Part shown: in pieces, positions 7,798 to 16,617 of the stretch
Numbering within the stretch: position 1 is the stretch's first letter
How the letters are laid out: the number at the start of each line of letters is the position of its first letter
Origin: a virus
Taxonomy: Duplodnaviria > Heunggongvirae > Uroviricota > Caudoviricetes
DNA length: 43,699 bases
Direction: 5' to 3' (one strand)
IMG/VR virus record: IMGVR_UViG_2851982317_000004
Position numbers and translations under genes: made by a program
Notes under the pieces: model-generated
Told to the model about the DNA's origin: nothing
Seen by the model: the letters and a program-made list of their open reading frames with translations, nothing else
Database searches by the model: none

Positions 7798-8763
7798 ATG
7801 AAGCTCCTTTTTGCTGAACGTCCGCTGGTTATAAACACGCAGCTGGCGATGAAAATTGGTCTGAACGAAGCCATCGTGTTGCAGCAGTTGCATTACTGGT
7901 TGAGAGATACCGGTTCCGGCATGGAATGTGATGGTGTTCGCTGGATTTATAACACAACAGAACAATGGCTGGAGCAGTTCCCGTTCTGGTCAGAGTCAAC
8001 GTTAAAACGCGCATTTGCAAGTCTGAAAACGCTGGGGCTTTTGCGTTGCGAAAAGCTCAATAAATCAAAGCGTGATATGACTAATTTTTACACGATTAAT
8101 TACGAGAGCGAGCTTTTAGATGGTGGCAAAGTGAGCGAATCCATCAGGTCAAAATGCGCTGCTCCATCAGGTCAGAATGACACGATGGAAGAGGCCAAAA
8201 TGGCACGTTCCATTGGTTCAAAACGACTCAATGTCATCGGGTCAAAATGGCCTGATGATCTTACAGAGAATACAACAGAGATTACTACAGAGAATAAAAA
8301 CACTTCTCGTCCGGAAGCTTCGCAACCGGACCCGCAGACGGTTGAACAGGATTTTTTAACCCGACACCCTGACGCGGTTGTGTTCAGTGCAAAAAAACGC
8401 CAGTGGGGCAACCAGGAAGATTTGGCGTGTGCGCAGTGGATCTGGGGGCGAATCGTGAGTCTTTACGAGCAGGCCGCCAGCGATGATGGCGAGATTTCGC
8501 GACCGAAAGAACCCAACTGGACCGCATGGGCCAACGACGTGCGCACAATGCGGATGCTGGATGGCAGAACTCACAGACAAATTTGTGAAATGTTTGGTCG
8601 GGTGCAGCGGGATCCATTCTGGGTAAAAAATATCATGAGTCCGTCAAAGCTTCGCGAAAAATGGGATGAACTGGTTATCCGCCTGGGGCGTTCGTCTGTA
8701 CAGCGTTGTGTGAATCATATTTCTGAGCCGGATACCGAAATTCCGCCGGGGTTCAGGGGGTAA
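7798..8763 (+). CDS. Replication initiation protein (lambda O / YdaU-position, replisome organiser-like)
   Basis: 321 aa ORF immediately upstream of the DnaC-like loader gene; central acidic low-complexity linker; position and order typical of initiator/loader pairs. Confidence 0.65.
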   Translation: MKLLFAERPLVINTQLAMKIGLNEAIVLQQLHYWLRDTGSGMECDGVRWIYNTTEQWLEQFPFWSESTLKRAFASLKTLGLLRCEKLNKSKRDMTNFYTINYESELLDGGKVSESIRSKCAAPSGQNDTMEEAKMARSIGSKRLNVIGSKWPDDLTENTTEITTENKNTSRPEASQPDPQTVEQDFLTRHPDAVVFSAKKRQWGNQEDLACAQWIWGRIVSLYEQAASDDGEISRPKEPNWTAWANDVRTMRMLDGRTHRQICEMFGRVQRDPFWVKNIMSPSKLREKWDELVIRLGRSSVQRCVNHISEPDTEIPPGFRG

Positions 8764-8769
8764 CGGGCC

Positions 8770-9516
8770 ATGAAAAATATCGCGGCAGGTGGTGTTCTTG
8801 AGCGTATCCGTAAGCTGACCCCGCAGCATGTAATCGCGCCGTACCGGACAGTGGATGAGTGGCGCGAGTGGCAACTGGCTGAAGGGCGAAAACGTAGCGA
8901 GGAGATCAACCGCCAGAATCGCCAGTTGCGGGTGGAAAAAATCCTGAATCGTTCGGGCATCCAGCCTCTGCACAGCAAATGCTCGTTTGCGAATTATCAG
9001 GTGCAGAACGACGGGCAAAAACATGCGCTGAGCCAGGCAAAATCCATCGCTGACGAACTGATGACCGGGTGCACGAATTTTGTGTTCAGCGGTAAGCCGG
9101 GTACCGGAAAGAACCACCTTGCAGCCGCCATTGGCAATCATCTTCTGGCGAAAGGTCGCAGCGTGATTGTGATAACGGTGGCTGATGTGATGCTGGCGTT
9201 ACACAACAGCTACGACAACAAAAACTCAGGCGAAAAATTTTTACAGGGGTTGTGTGATGTTGACCTGCTTGTCCTGGATGAAATCGGAATGCAGCGGGAT
9301 ACGCGCAACGAGCAGGTCACACTGAACCAGATAGTCGACCGCAGAACGGCTTCGATGCGTAGTGTCGGAATGCTGACGAACCTGAACCACGTAGCGATGA
9401 GTACGCTTCTTGGCGAGCGTGTGATGGACCGCATGGTCATGAACGGTGGTCGCTGGGTGAATTTTAACTGGGAGAGCTGGCGTTCGAATGTCAGACACCT
9501 GAGGGTTGTGAAGTAA
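8770..9516 (+). CDS. DnaC-like helicase loader (IstB-like AAA+ ATPase)
   Basis: Walker A GKPGTGKNHLAAA and Walker B LLVLDEIG visible; 248 aa; follows the initiator gene. Confidence 0.85.
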   Translation: MKNIAAGGVLERIRKLTPQHVIAPYRTVDEWREWQLAEGRKRSEEINRQNRQLRVEKILNRSGIQPLHSKCSFANYQVQNDGQKHALSQAKSIADELMTGCTNFVFSGKPGTGKNHLAAAIGNHLLAKGRSVIVITVADVMLALHNSYDNKNSGEKFLQGLCDVDLLVLDEIGMQRDTRNEQVTLNQIVDRRTASMRSVGMLTNLNHVAMSTLLGERVMDRMVMNGGRWVNFNWESWRSNVRHLRVVK

Positions 9517-9530
9517 TTTCAGGAGGACTT

Positions 9531-9947
9531 ATGGTAAAAGTTTTTACTCCCGAACAACGGGAAGAAGTAAAGGCGCGTATTGTGGAACTGGTACGCAGAG
9601 ATGGTAGGAAAACGCGTAAACAACTGGAAAATGAAACAGGGGCGACGAGACATCTGATTGAAGTTCTGGCGAAAGAACTGGTAGACAGTGGTGTTGTATA
9701 TGGTTCAGGGCATGGAATATTTCCTTCTGAGCAGGTACGTAAAGACTGGATAAAAGCCCATAAAGAGATGTCTAAAGGTGCAGCGAAAAAGAAGAGCGAC
9801 CCTGGCCTGATTTATTCATTACCAGATGGAGAGATACGCCACTACGACAGGCGTCAGAACATAATCTGTCTCGAGTGCCAGAAAAGCAAGGTTATGCAGC
9901 GTGTGCTGGCATTTTATCAGGGTAATTTTCAGGAGGTGATGGCGTGA
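9531..9947 (+). CDS. Hypothetical protein, nin-like region
   Basis: 138 aa ORF with AGGAGG Shine-Dalgarno upstream; no family recognised. Confidence 0.55.
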   Translation: MVKVFTPEQREEVKARIVELVRRDGRKTRKQLENETGATRHLIEVLAKELVDSGVVYGSGHGIFPSEQVRKDWIKAHKEMSKGAAKKKSDPGLIYSLPDGEIRHYDRRQNIICLECQKSKVMQRVLAFYQGNFQEVMA

Positions 9948-10249
9948 GGGTGAGGGTTTATATCGCCGGTCCAATGACGGGGTATGAAAATTTCAACCGT
10001 GAGGCGTTTCACAAGGCAGAAGAGGAACTGAAACGGGAAGGGCATACCGTTTTAAATCCGGCTGTGCTTCCGGATGGGCTGACACAGCCGCACTACATGG
10101 ATATTTGCATGGCAATGATTCGTTGTGTGGATGCGATTTACATGCTGAAAGGCTGGCGGCGGTCAGCAGGCGCTAAGGCAGAACTGGCGCTGGCGGAGAA
10201 ACTGGGGCATGCGGTGATTTTTCAGGAGACAGCCAGTGTGCAAGACTAA
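9944..10249 (+). CDS. Small protein, possibly nucleoside 2-deoxyribosyltransferase-like (DUF4406-type)
   Basis: 101 aa; GTG start overlapping the upstream stop with AGGAGG upstream; the family call is from memory of the motif RVYIAGPMTGYENFNREAF. Confidence 0.5.
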   Translation: MRVRVYIAGPMTGYENFNREAFHKAEEELKREGHTVLNPAVLPDGLTQPHYMDICMAMIRCVDAIYMLKGWRRSAGAKAELALAEKLGHAVIFQETASVQD

Positions 10250-10691
10250 TTACCAGGCATTACGTGAACGTTATTCACCAATTCAGGTGCCGGAATGTCC
10301 TGTTTGTGGCGATGAAATGTCGATACAGCGCATATTTCCCAGAACGCATATTGTGTATGCCTGCACAGGTGAGGGGGATGATGGATATTTTAAAACTGGT
10401 CGAACTTTTGCGGATGAACATTACCTGAAATCGCGCGTAACCGTCGTTGATGTTAGCGATCCTGACGTACTGGCTTTACTGAAAGAGCTGGAAGTTAAAG
10501 ACAAACGCATTGCAGAATTGACAGACGCGCTTACACAAATGATTAATGCGCACAAAACCACAATTCGTTTTGGTCATGAACGCATAACTGAATGTGGTGG
10601 TGATTGCGACTCGCCGGAAAAGATGATTTCAGAAAATCCGGATATCAGAATGGCAGAGGCTGTTTTGAGAGCAGGAATAAAAACTGAATAA
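10236..10691 (+). CDS. Hypothetical protein with N-terminal Cys-x2-Cys zinc-ribbon-like motif
   Basis: 151 aa; CPVCGDE motif followed by a coiled-coil-like segment; GTG start overlapping the upstream gene. Confidence 0.55.
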   Translation: MCKTNYQALRERYSPIQVPECPVCGDEMSIQRIFPRTHIVYACTGEGDDGYFKTGRTFADEHYLKSRVTVVDVSDPDVLALLKELEVKDKRIAELTDALTQMINAHKTTIRFGHERITECGGDCDSPEKMISENPDIRMAEAVLRAGIKTE

Positions 10692-10781
10692 TTAAATTTA
10701 GCACAGCAAATAAAATTTAATCCTTAACCGGAGGGATTTCTGCACCCTCAGAACATCAGGAGGCCGCCTGAAAGGGCGGTA

Positions 10782-11204
10782 ATGAAAATGACTGAATTAA
10801 CAAAAGAACAATTAATCGAAGAAGCCAAATTAAAAATAGCGATTACGAAATGCCACCCCAATTCAGGGATGGCGCGAGTAGAGGGCGAGTTATTCAAAAT
10901 TGCACTGGCATCGCTGGAAGCAGAGCCGATAGCGTGGCGATATCGCTACGTGAAAAAAGGTGTTATGGACTCTCAGGGGGAGTTGTGGGTTGGTGACTGG
11001 AAATATGTACCGAAAAAAGAGGATTGTAACGACAGGCCGAACTATGAAATTCAGGCCTTATTCACTGCCCCACCAGTCCCTGTTACATCAGAAGAACTGG
11101 TTAAAGCTGTGCACTTTTATGAACAACTAAAACGCGAAAATCCACCAGCATCCGGCAACCAGATTAATGGGTTAACTATGCCGGTTAAACGACCAGCCGA
11201 CTGA
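10782..11204 (+). CDS. Hypothetical protein
   Basis: 140 aa ORF with a hairpin plus AGGAGG region upstream; no family recognised. Confidence 0.55.
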   Translation: MKMTELTKEQLIEEAKLKIAITKCHPNSGMARVEGELFKIALASLEAEPIAWRYRYVKKGVMDSQGELWVGDWKYVPKKEDCNDRPNYEIQALFTAPPVPVTSEELVKAVHFYEQLKRENPPASGNQINGLTMPVKRPAD

Positions 11205-11415
11205 AAAACGGAAACCTGATTACAGATTCCCAGATAAGGCAATGAGCTACCTGGCGTAGAGTGGGCTGATAAGTATGGGGAATGTTTTACGATGAATATT
11301 TAGACTAAAGAGTTTGTAACGCTATGTAAGTGATTTTTTCTGGTTTAGATATTTATATGTCCGGCCAAATTGAGGTGTGTTTAAATGTAATTGCACATTG
11401 ATTGTAGGGGGAATA

Positions 11416-11595
11416 ATGAAAAACGCATTGCAGTTTTTGTTTGTTGCGTTCTGGTTGTTCGCATCATGTATGCCCATCATCTTCACAGCAAGGTATATGG
11501 AAAAAATTGATGTTTTGATATTAATGTTTGGACATATAAATGCCCTTTTTTTAGGGGTGTTCATGGCGGTCACGTGCATTGAATACTGGCGGTAA
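11416..11595 (+). CDS. Small hydrophobic membrane protein (~59 aa)
   Basis: Internal ATG of track ORF 11377..11595 with GGGGGA upstream; two hydrophobic segments; AT-rich island. Confidence 0.4.
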   Translation: MKNALQFLFVAFWLFASCMPIIFTARYMEKIDVLILMFGHINALFLGVFMAVTCIEYWR

Positions 11596-11854
11596 ATACA
11601 GCGAACGCTATTGGTTTAGTTGGATATTTACTGTGCCGGACAAAAACGGTTTGCAGGGAAATCTTAGTTAAGTAGAATGACTGTGGGTGCTTGAGGCTAT
11701 CTGTCTCAGGCATGAACACCAAAAGGCAGATAGAGAAAAGCCCCAGTTAACATTACGCGTCCTGCAAGACGCTTAACATTAATCTGAGGCTCAATCCATG
11801 CTGAACACATGTAGGTTAGCCTCTTACGTGCCGAAAGGCAAGGAGAAGCAGGCT

Positions 11855-12010
11855 ATGAAGCAGCAAAAGGCGATGTTAATCGCCCTTATCGTCATCTGTT
11901 TAACCGTCATAGTGACGGCACTGGTAACGAGGAAAGACCTCTGCGAGGTACGAATCCGAACCGGCCAGACGGAGGTCGCTGTCTTCACAGCTTACGAACC
12001 TGAGGAGTAA
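11855..12010 (+). CDS. hok: Hok/Gef-family type I toxin (51 aa)
   Basis: MKQQKAMLIALIVICLTVIVTALVTRKDLCEVRIRTGQTEVAVFTAYEPEE has the Hok/Gef signature (single TM segment, conserved Cys, C-terminal AYE) and matches my recollection of E. coli HokD/RelF; long structured leader upstream and an intrinsic terminator just downstream. Confidence 0.85.
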   Translation: MKQQKAMLIALIVICLTVIVTALVTRKDLCEVRIRTGQTEVAVFTAYEPEE

Positions 12011-12078
12011 GAGACCCGGCGGGGGAGAAATCCCTCGCCACCGCTGATGTGTCAGGCATCCTCAACGCACCCGCACTT

Positions 12079-12106
12079 AACCCGCTTCGGCGGGTTTTGT
12101 TTTTTC
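12079..12106 (+). terminator. Intrinsic terminator after hok
   Basis: Stem AACCCGC / GCGGGTT with loop TTCG followed by a T-rich run. Confidence 0.6.
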
Positions 12107-12177
12107 TGGTCGTTCTGGTTTACAATCCATCCGTCAGCCTGAACAACTGGCACCTGCTGCGCCAGCAGAGAAAACAG

Positions 12178-12456
12178 ATGGCGCACGATACCAAATTTTA
12201 CAATTCGGATAACTCTGCCGCCCCTGCCAGCAGGCACGGGCGGCGTTCTCATGCATTCAAATCTGACTGGTATCAGCACGACCCCTGCACCGAAGAACAG
12301 GCTGAATGGCTGATTCAGCGCTACCGCAGACACGGATACGAGATTAAGAAAGCCCTCAGCCTCGATTATCGTCACTGGATAATTTCCGTCAGACCCCCTT
12401 ATTCCGAACGCCCACCGCGTCCGTCCCGCACATTCCAGCAACGCATCTGGAGGTAA
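12178..12456 (+). CDS. Hypothetical ~92 aa protein
   Basis: The track ORF begins at 12049 and would run through the hok terminator; the internal ATG near 12178 (MAHDTKFYNSDN...) is the more plausible start. Confidence 0.45.
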   Translation: MAHDTKFYNSDNSAAPASRHGRRSHAFKSDWYQHDPCTEEQAEWLIQRYRRHGYEIKKALSLDYRHWIISVRPPYSERPPRPSRTFQQRIWR

Positions 12457-12457
12457 C

Positions 12458-13516
12458 GTGCGGGTATTACTTCGACCTGTTTCGGTACCGGAACTCGGGC
12501 TGGTGATCGTTAAGCCGGGCCGTGAATCCATGCCGGTATTCCACAATACCCGGGTACTGGTGGAGCCGGAACCGAAAAGCATGCGTAATCTGCCGTCCGG
12601 GGTCGTTCCTGCCGTTCGCCAGCCGCTGGCGGAGGATAAATCATTACTGCCATTTTTCAGCGATGAGCGGGTGATTCGTGCTGCTGGTGGTGCTGGTGCA
12701 CTGTCTGACTGGCTGTTACGCCACATTAAATCCTGCCAGTGGCCTCATGGTGACTACCATCACAGCGAAACCGTCATACATCGTTACGGTACCGGTGCAA
12801 TGGTGTTGTGCTGGCACTGCGACAACCAGCTGCGTGACCAGACTTCCGAATCACTCGAGCAACTTGCTCATCAAAACCTGTCAGCATGGATGATTGACGT
12901 CATACGCCATGCAATGAATGGCACGCAGGAGCGGGAATTATCGCTGGCTGAATTATCCTGGTGGGCGGTCTGCAATCAGGTGGCGGACGCGCTACCAGAG
13001 GCAGCATTACGCCGTTCGCTGGGGTTGCGTGCGGAAAAAATCCGCTCAATGTACCGTGAAAGCGACATCGTACCGGGAGAGCAGACCGCCACCAGCATAC
13101 TGAAGCAGCGCACAAAAAATATTGCGCCGTTGCCTCACGCCCACCAGCAACAGAATCCACCACAGGAAAAGACGGTGGTCAGCATTGCCGTTGATCCGGA
13201 GTCACCGGCTCAGTATCTCCAGCGCCAGAAACCACAACGGGAAGAGATGCCTGTATACACGCGTTGGGTAAAAACGCAGAAATGCATGACGTGTGGCAAT
13301 CAGGCAGATGATCCGCATCACATCATGGGTCATGGACTGGGAGGGATGGGAACAAAGGCTGATGATTTGTTTGTTATTCCGCTGTGCCGTAAATGCCATA
13401 GCGAACTACACGCCGGGGTAAAAGATTTTGAAGAAAAACACGGCAGCCAGCTGTTGTTGCTGATTCGTTTTTTAATGCACGCGAGAAATTCGGGTGTCCT
13501 GAAGTGGAAAGCATGA
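12458..13516 (+). CDS. DUF968/YdfU-like protein with C-terminal HNH-like Cys/His cluster
   Basis: 352 aa; GTG start with GGAGG 4 nt upstream; C-terminal CMTCGNQADDPHHIMGH...LCRKCHSELH; sits upstream of rusA as in Qin-like nin regions (from memory). Confidence 0.6.
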   Translation: MRVLLRPVSVPELGLVIVKPGRESMPVFHNTRVLVEPEPKSMRNLPSGVVPAVRQPLAEDKSLLPFFSDERVIRAAGGAGALSDWLLRHIKSCQWPHGDYHHSETVIHRYGTGAMVLCWHCDNQLRDQTSESLEQLAHQNLSAWMIDVIRHAMNGTQERELSLAELSWWAVCNQVADALPEAALRRSLGLRAEKIRSMYRESDIVPGEQTATSILKQRTKNIAPLPHAHQQQNPPQEKTVVSIAVDPESPAQYLQRQKPQREEMPVYTRWVKTQKCMTCGNQADDPHHIMGHGLGGMGTKADDLFVIPLCRKCHSELHAGVKDFEEKHGSQLLLLIRFLMHARNSGVLKWKA

Positions 13517-13882
13517 ATGACTGAACGCATAGAATTTGTTTTGCCTTACCCGCCAACGGTGAACACTTACTGGCGACGTCGTGGCAGCACATATTTTGTA
13601 TCAAAAGCCGGTGAGCGTTATCGCCGGGATGTGGCGCTTATTGTTCGCCAGCAGCGGCTGAAATTAAACCTGTCCGGAAGGCTGGCGATAAAGATTATTG
13701 CAGAGCCACCGGATAAACGTCGTCGTGACCTGGACAATATCCTGAAAGCACCACTGGATGCGCTGACGCATGCCGGACTTCTCATAGACGACGAGCAGTT
13801 TGATGAAATCAATATTGTGCGCGGTCAGCTCGTTCCTGGGGGGCGGCTGGGCGTGAAGATTTACAAAATTGAGAGTGAGTGA
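13517..13882 (+). CDS. rusA: RusA-family Holliday junction resolvase
   Basis: 121 aa with the RusA-type motif RRDLDNILKAPLDAL; typical position just upstream of the antiterminator gene. Confidence 0.88.
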   Translation: MTERIEFVLPYPPTVNTYWRRRGSTYFVSKAGERYRRDVALIVRQQRLKLNLSGRLAIKIIAEPPDKRRRDLDNILKAPLDALTHAGLLIDDEQFDEINIVRGQLVPGGRLGVKIYKIESE

Positions 13883-14433
13883 TCGTAAATATGATATACC
13901 CGGAAATTACAGGCAAAAGCGGCGAGCATTTACGTCTAAAAACGCTGGAAGCCGTCTGGATCCAGGGGAAATTACGGATGTGGGGGCGTTGGTCGTATAT
14001 AGGTGGTGGCAAACCAGGAAATATGTTCAATCAGTTGCTGGCATCCAAAAAACTGACAAAAACCGCAATCAATGAAGCCCTGCGTAGAATCAGAGAGTCA
14101 GGGATTGATAAACCAGAGCTGGAAGCATTCTTGCGAGAGATGATCGCTGGCAGACAGAAGAGCTGGTTGTCTCACTGTACTGATGCAGAGGCGTTACGCA
14201 TTGATGGGGTGATAAGTAAAGCGCTTGCACGTTATCCTGGATTGATTGATATCCTGCGGCAAAGGTACGAAGGGCGGGGGATGAGTAAACGCAAAATGGC
14301 TGAATTGTTGAATGAGGTTCACCCTGAGTGGTGCTATGCAACATGCCGCAATCGTATAGATATGTGGCTGAGAATAGCTGAGTTTATTCTGTATCCACTG
14401 ATGCGAGATGCATTTTCTTTTACTGACGCTTAG
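13879..14433 (+). CDS. Putative late-gene antiterminator (Q-like), called by position
   Basis: 184 aa ORF directly after rusA, followed by an intergenic region ending in a strong intrinsic terminator (tR'-like); not similar to lambda Q itself; GTG at 13879 or ATG at 13891. Confidence 0.45.
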   Translation: MIVNMIYPEITGKSGEHLRLKTLEAVWIQGKLRMWGRWSYIGGGKPGNMFNQLLASKKLTKTAINEALRRIRESGIDKPELEAFLREMIAGRQKSWLSHCTDAEALRIDGVISKALARYPGLIDILRQRYEGRGMSKRKMAELLNEVHPEWCYATCRNRIDMWLRIAEFILYPLMRDAFSFTDA

Positions 14434-14598
14434 AATCTGGAGGGCGTTTGTTGTTGCACGAAGAGGATTTTTGGCTGGTAGTAAGGTTTATGCAGTTTTA
14501 GAAAAAAAGCTTGTATTTTTAGCCATAAACTGTTTCAATCCAGCTACGCTTCGCAAAGCTGTACCGCGAGGCGAATAGCAGACATGGACACCTGAAAG

Positions 14599-14622
14599 AA
14601 CCCGCTTTATGCGGGTTTTTTT
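14599..14622 (+). terminator. Intrinsic terminator (tR'-like) downstream of the Q-like gene
   Basis: Stem AACCCGC / GCGGGTT with loop TTTAT followed by T7. Confidence 0.6.
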
Positions 14623-14745
14623 ATGCCTGAAAAACGGCACAGAACATTAAACGCGCTGGTAGTTGTGAATACTGGTCTTTCAGCTTGCTGGCTTTTTGGA
14701 CAAGAGTTATTGGTATGTCACGTTAACCGGAAAAGGGAAAAAGGC

Positions 14746-14943
14746 ATGCTAAAACAGCAGGATATGACCGAAACCGCCAGAGTGGTGTTTAATGAATTAA
14801 GCGTCACCGAACCGGCGACCGTCGGGGAAATTGCGCAGAATACTTACCTTTCACGCGAACGTTGCCAGTTAATACTGACTCAGCTTGTTATGGCGGGTCT
14901 GGCAGATTATCAGTTCGGTTGTTACAGACGCCTTCCGCAGTGA
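14746..14943 (+). CDS. Small hypothetical protein (~65 aa), first late-region ORF
   Basis: Internal ATG of track ORF 14623..14943 with AAAAGGGAAAAAGG upstream; the track ORF's first 40 codons overlap the terminator. Confidence 0.45.
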   Translation: MLKQQDMTETARVVFNELSVTEPATVGEIAQNTYLSRERCQLILTQLVMAGLADYQFGCYRRLPQ

Positions 14944-15093
14944 AGGCTTTTTAATTTGTGGTAATGGGCGGCTGGTGGGTGTTAGCGGCACCTGCCAGCC
15001 ATCTGCTCATGCGTTGGGGTCACAAGCAAACCTCAGGCCCATCTGCTTTGCGCAAAAGCGGTATGAGCCTATCAGAGAAGTGCTTATTGATCT

Positions 15094-16143
15094 ATGATTA
15101 ATACTGTAAAAATATCCAGTTGTGAGTTAATCAACGCTGATTGCCTGGAGTTTATCCAGACCTTACCGGAAAACTCTGTCGATCTGATAGTCACAGACCC
15201 GCCATACTTTAAAGTGAAGCCCGAGGGCTGGGATAACCAGTGGAAGGGCGACGATGATTACCTGAAATGGCTGGACCAGTGTCTGGCGCAGTTCTGGCGG
15301 GTACTGAAGCCTGCCGGAAGTCTTTACCTGTTCTGTGGTCATCGCCTGGCATCTGACACCGAAATCATGATGCGTGAGCGCTTTAATGTGCTGAACCACA
15401 TTATCTGGGCGAAGCCGTCCGGACGCTGGAACGGGTGCAATAAGGAAAGTCTGCGGGCGTATTTTCCGGCAACAGAGCGCATTCTGTTTGCAGAACATTA
15501 TCAGGGACCGTATCGCCCGAAAGATGATGGCTATGTGGCACAGGGGCGCGAGCTAAAACAGCACGTCATGGCCCCGCTGATTTCTTACTTTCGTGATGCG
15601 CGTAAATCACTGGGAATAACGTCAAAACAGATAGCGGAAGCCACCGGAAAGAAAAACATGGCTTCGCACTGGTTTGGTGCCAGTCAGTGGCAGTTACCGA
15701 ACGAGGGTGATTACAATAAATTGCAGGCGTTGTTTGCGCGTGTTGCGGCAGAAAAACATCAGCGCGGGGAACTGGAAAAGCCACACCACCAGCTGGTCAG
15801 CACATACAGTGAGCTGAACCGGCAGTACACGGAACTGCTGAGTGAATATAAAAATTTGCGGCGGTATTTCGGTGTGACGGCGCAGGTTCCGTACACCGAT
15901 GTCTGGACGCATAAACCGGTGCAGTACTATCCAGGAAAACATCCGTGCGAAAAACCGGCAGAAATGCTGCAGCAGATAATCAACGCGAGCAGTCGTCCGG
16001 GAGACCTGGTTGCAGATTTTTTTATGGGTTCAGGTTCAACGGTAAAAGCGGCGATGGCACTGGGGCGTTGTGCGATTGGTGTTGAGCTGGAGACAGGACG
16101 TTTTGAACAGACAGTCAGGGAAGTTCAGGATTTAATCGTTTGA
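15094..16143 (+). CDS. DNA N6-adenine (or N4-cytosine) methyltransferase, beta-class
   Basis: 349 aa; motif IV DPPY (VTDPPYF) near the N-terminus and motif I FxGxG (FFMGSGST) near the C-terminus. Confidence 0.88.
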   Translation: MINTVKISSCELINADCLEFIQTLPENSVDLIVTDPPYFKVKPEGWDNQWKGDDDYLKWLDQCLAQFWRVLKPAGSLYLFCGHRLASDTEIMMRERFNVLNHIIWAKPSGRWNGCNKESLRAYFPATERILFAEHYQGPYRPKDDGYVAQGRELKQHVMAPLISYFRDARKSLGITSKQIAEATGKKNMASHWFGASQWQLPNEGDYNKLQALFARVAAEKHQRGELEKPHHQLVSTYSELNRQYTELLSEYKNLRRYFGVTAQVPYTDVWTHKPVQYYPGKHPCEKPAEMLQQIINASSRPGDLVADFFMGSGSTVKAAMALGRCAIGVELETGRFEQTVREVQDLIV

Positions 16144-16192
16144 AACGGATGAGATTGCAGAATTAATTACGCACCATTATTATTCTGCTCCC

Positions 16193-16268
16193 GGCCCTTT
16201 AGCTCAGTGGTGAGAGCGAGCGACTCATAATCGCCAGGTCGCTGGTTCAAATCCAGCAAGGGCCACCA
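16193..16268 (+). tRNA. ileZ: tRNA with anticodon CAU, probably tRNA-Ile2 (lysidine type; ileX/ileZ-like), Met not excluded
   Basis: Hand-folded cloverleaf: acceptor GGCCCTT/AAGGGCC, D-arm GCTC/GAGC, anticodon loop CTCATAA, T-arm GCTGG-TTCAAAT-CCAGC, encoded CCA; close to E. coli ileX as I recall it. Confidence 0.85.
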
Positions 16269-16275
16269 TCACATA

Positions 16276-16352
16276 CCGCCATTAGCTCATCGGCAGAGAG
16301 CGTCAGCTTTCGAAACTGGCTGTGTGGGGCTCGGGTCCCCGATGGCAATCCA
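16276..16352 (+). tRNA. tRNA-like gene, non-canonical; possible tRNA-Arg (anticodon UCG, argN-like)
   Basis: Hand fold gives a D-arm GCTC/GAGC, anticodon loop TTTCGAA and encoded CCA, but positions 1-2 are unpaired C-A, the anticodon stem has a mismatch and the T-loop is CTCGGGT instead of TTCRANY. Confidence 0.4.
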
Positions 16353-16365
16353 TTATCTGCATTAT

Positions 16366-16442
16366 GCGTTGTTAGCTCAGCCGGACAGAGCAATTGCCTT
16401 CTAAGCAATCGGTCACTGGTTCGAATCCAGTACAACGCGCCA
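16366..16442 (+). tRNA. argO: tRNA-Arg (anticodon UCU, argU/argO-like)
   Basis: Hand-folded cloverleaf: acceptor GCGTTGT/ACAACGC, anticodon arm ATTGC-CTTCTAA-GCAAT, T-arm ACTGG-TTCGAAT-CCAGT, encoded CCA. Confidence 0.85.
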
Positions 16443-16617
16443 CGCTTATTTTTCCAGGCTCGCTTTGGCGGGCCTTTTTCATATCCGCGCCACGCCCGGC
16501 GCACATCAAAAAACCACAGAGCCTTTCAGGGGTGAGCTTACGGGATGGTCAGTGTGACTTTCTCTGTGGGCTGGTCACCCCCGGGCGCAGGCTCACCCAC
16601 TAAAAGGAAAAGTCACG

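Noticed and set aside
11798-11854. In-frame upstream extension of hok (start at 11798) as a Mok-like product
   Set aside because: Mok normally overlaps hok in a different frame; this in-frame extension has no clear ribosome-binding site and may just be an open leader. Left unresolved rather than called.
16443-16617. Looked for stxA/stxB-like toxin genes directly downstream of the tRNA triplet
   Set aside because: No ORFs of the right size or pattern; the cargo position is occupied by the TerB-like gene instead.
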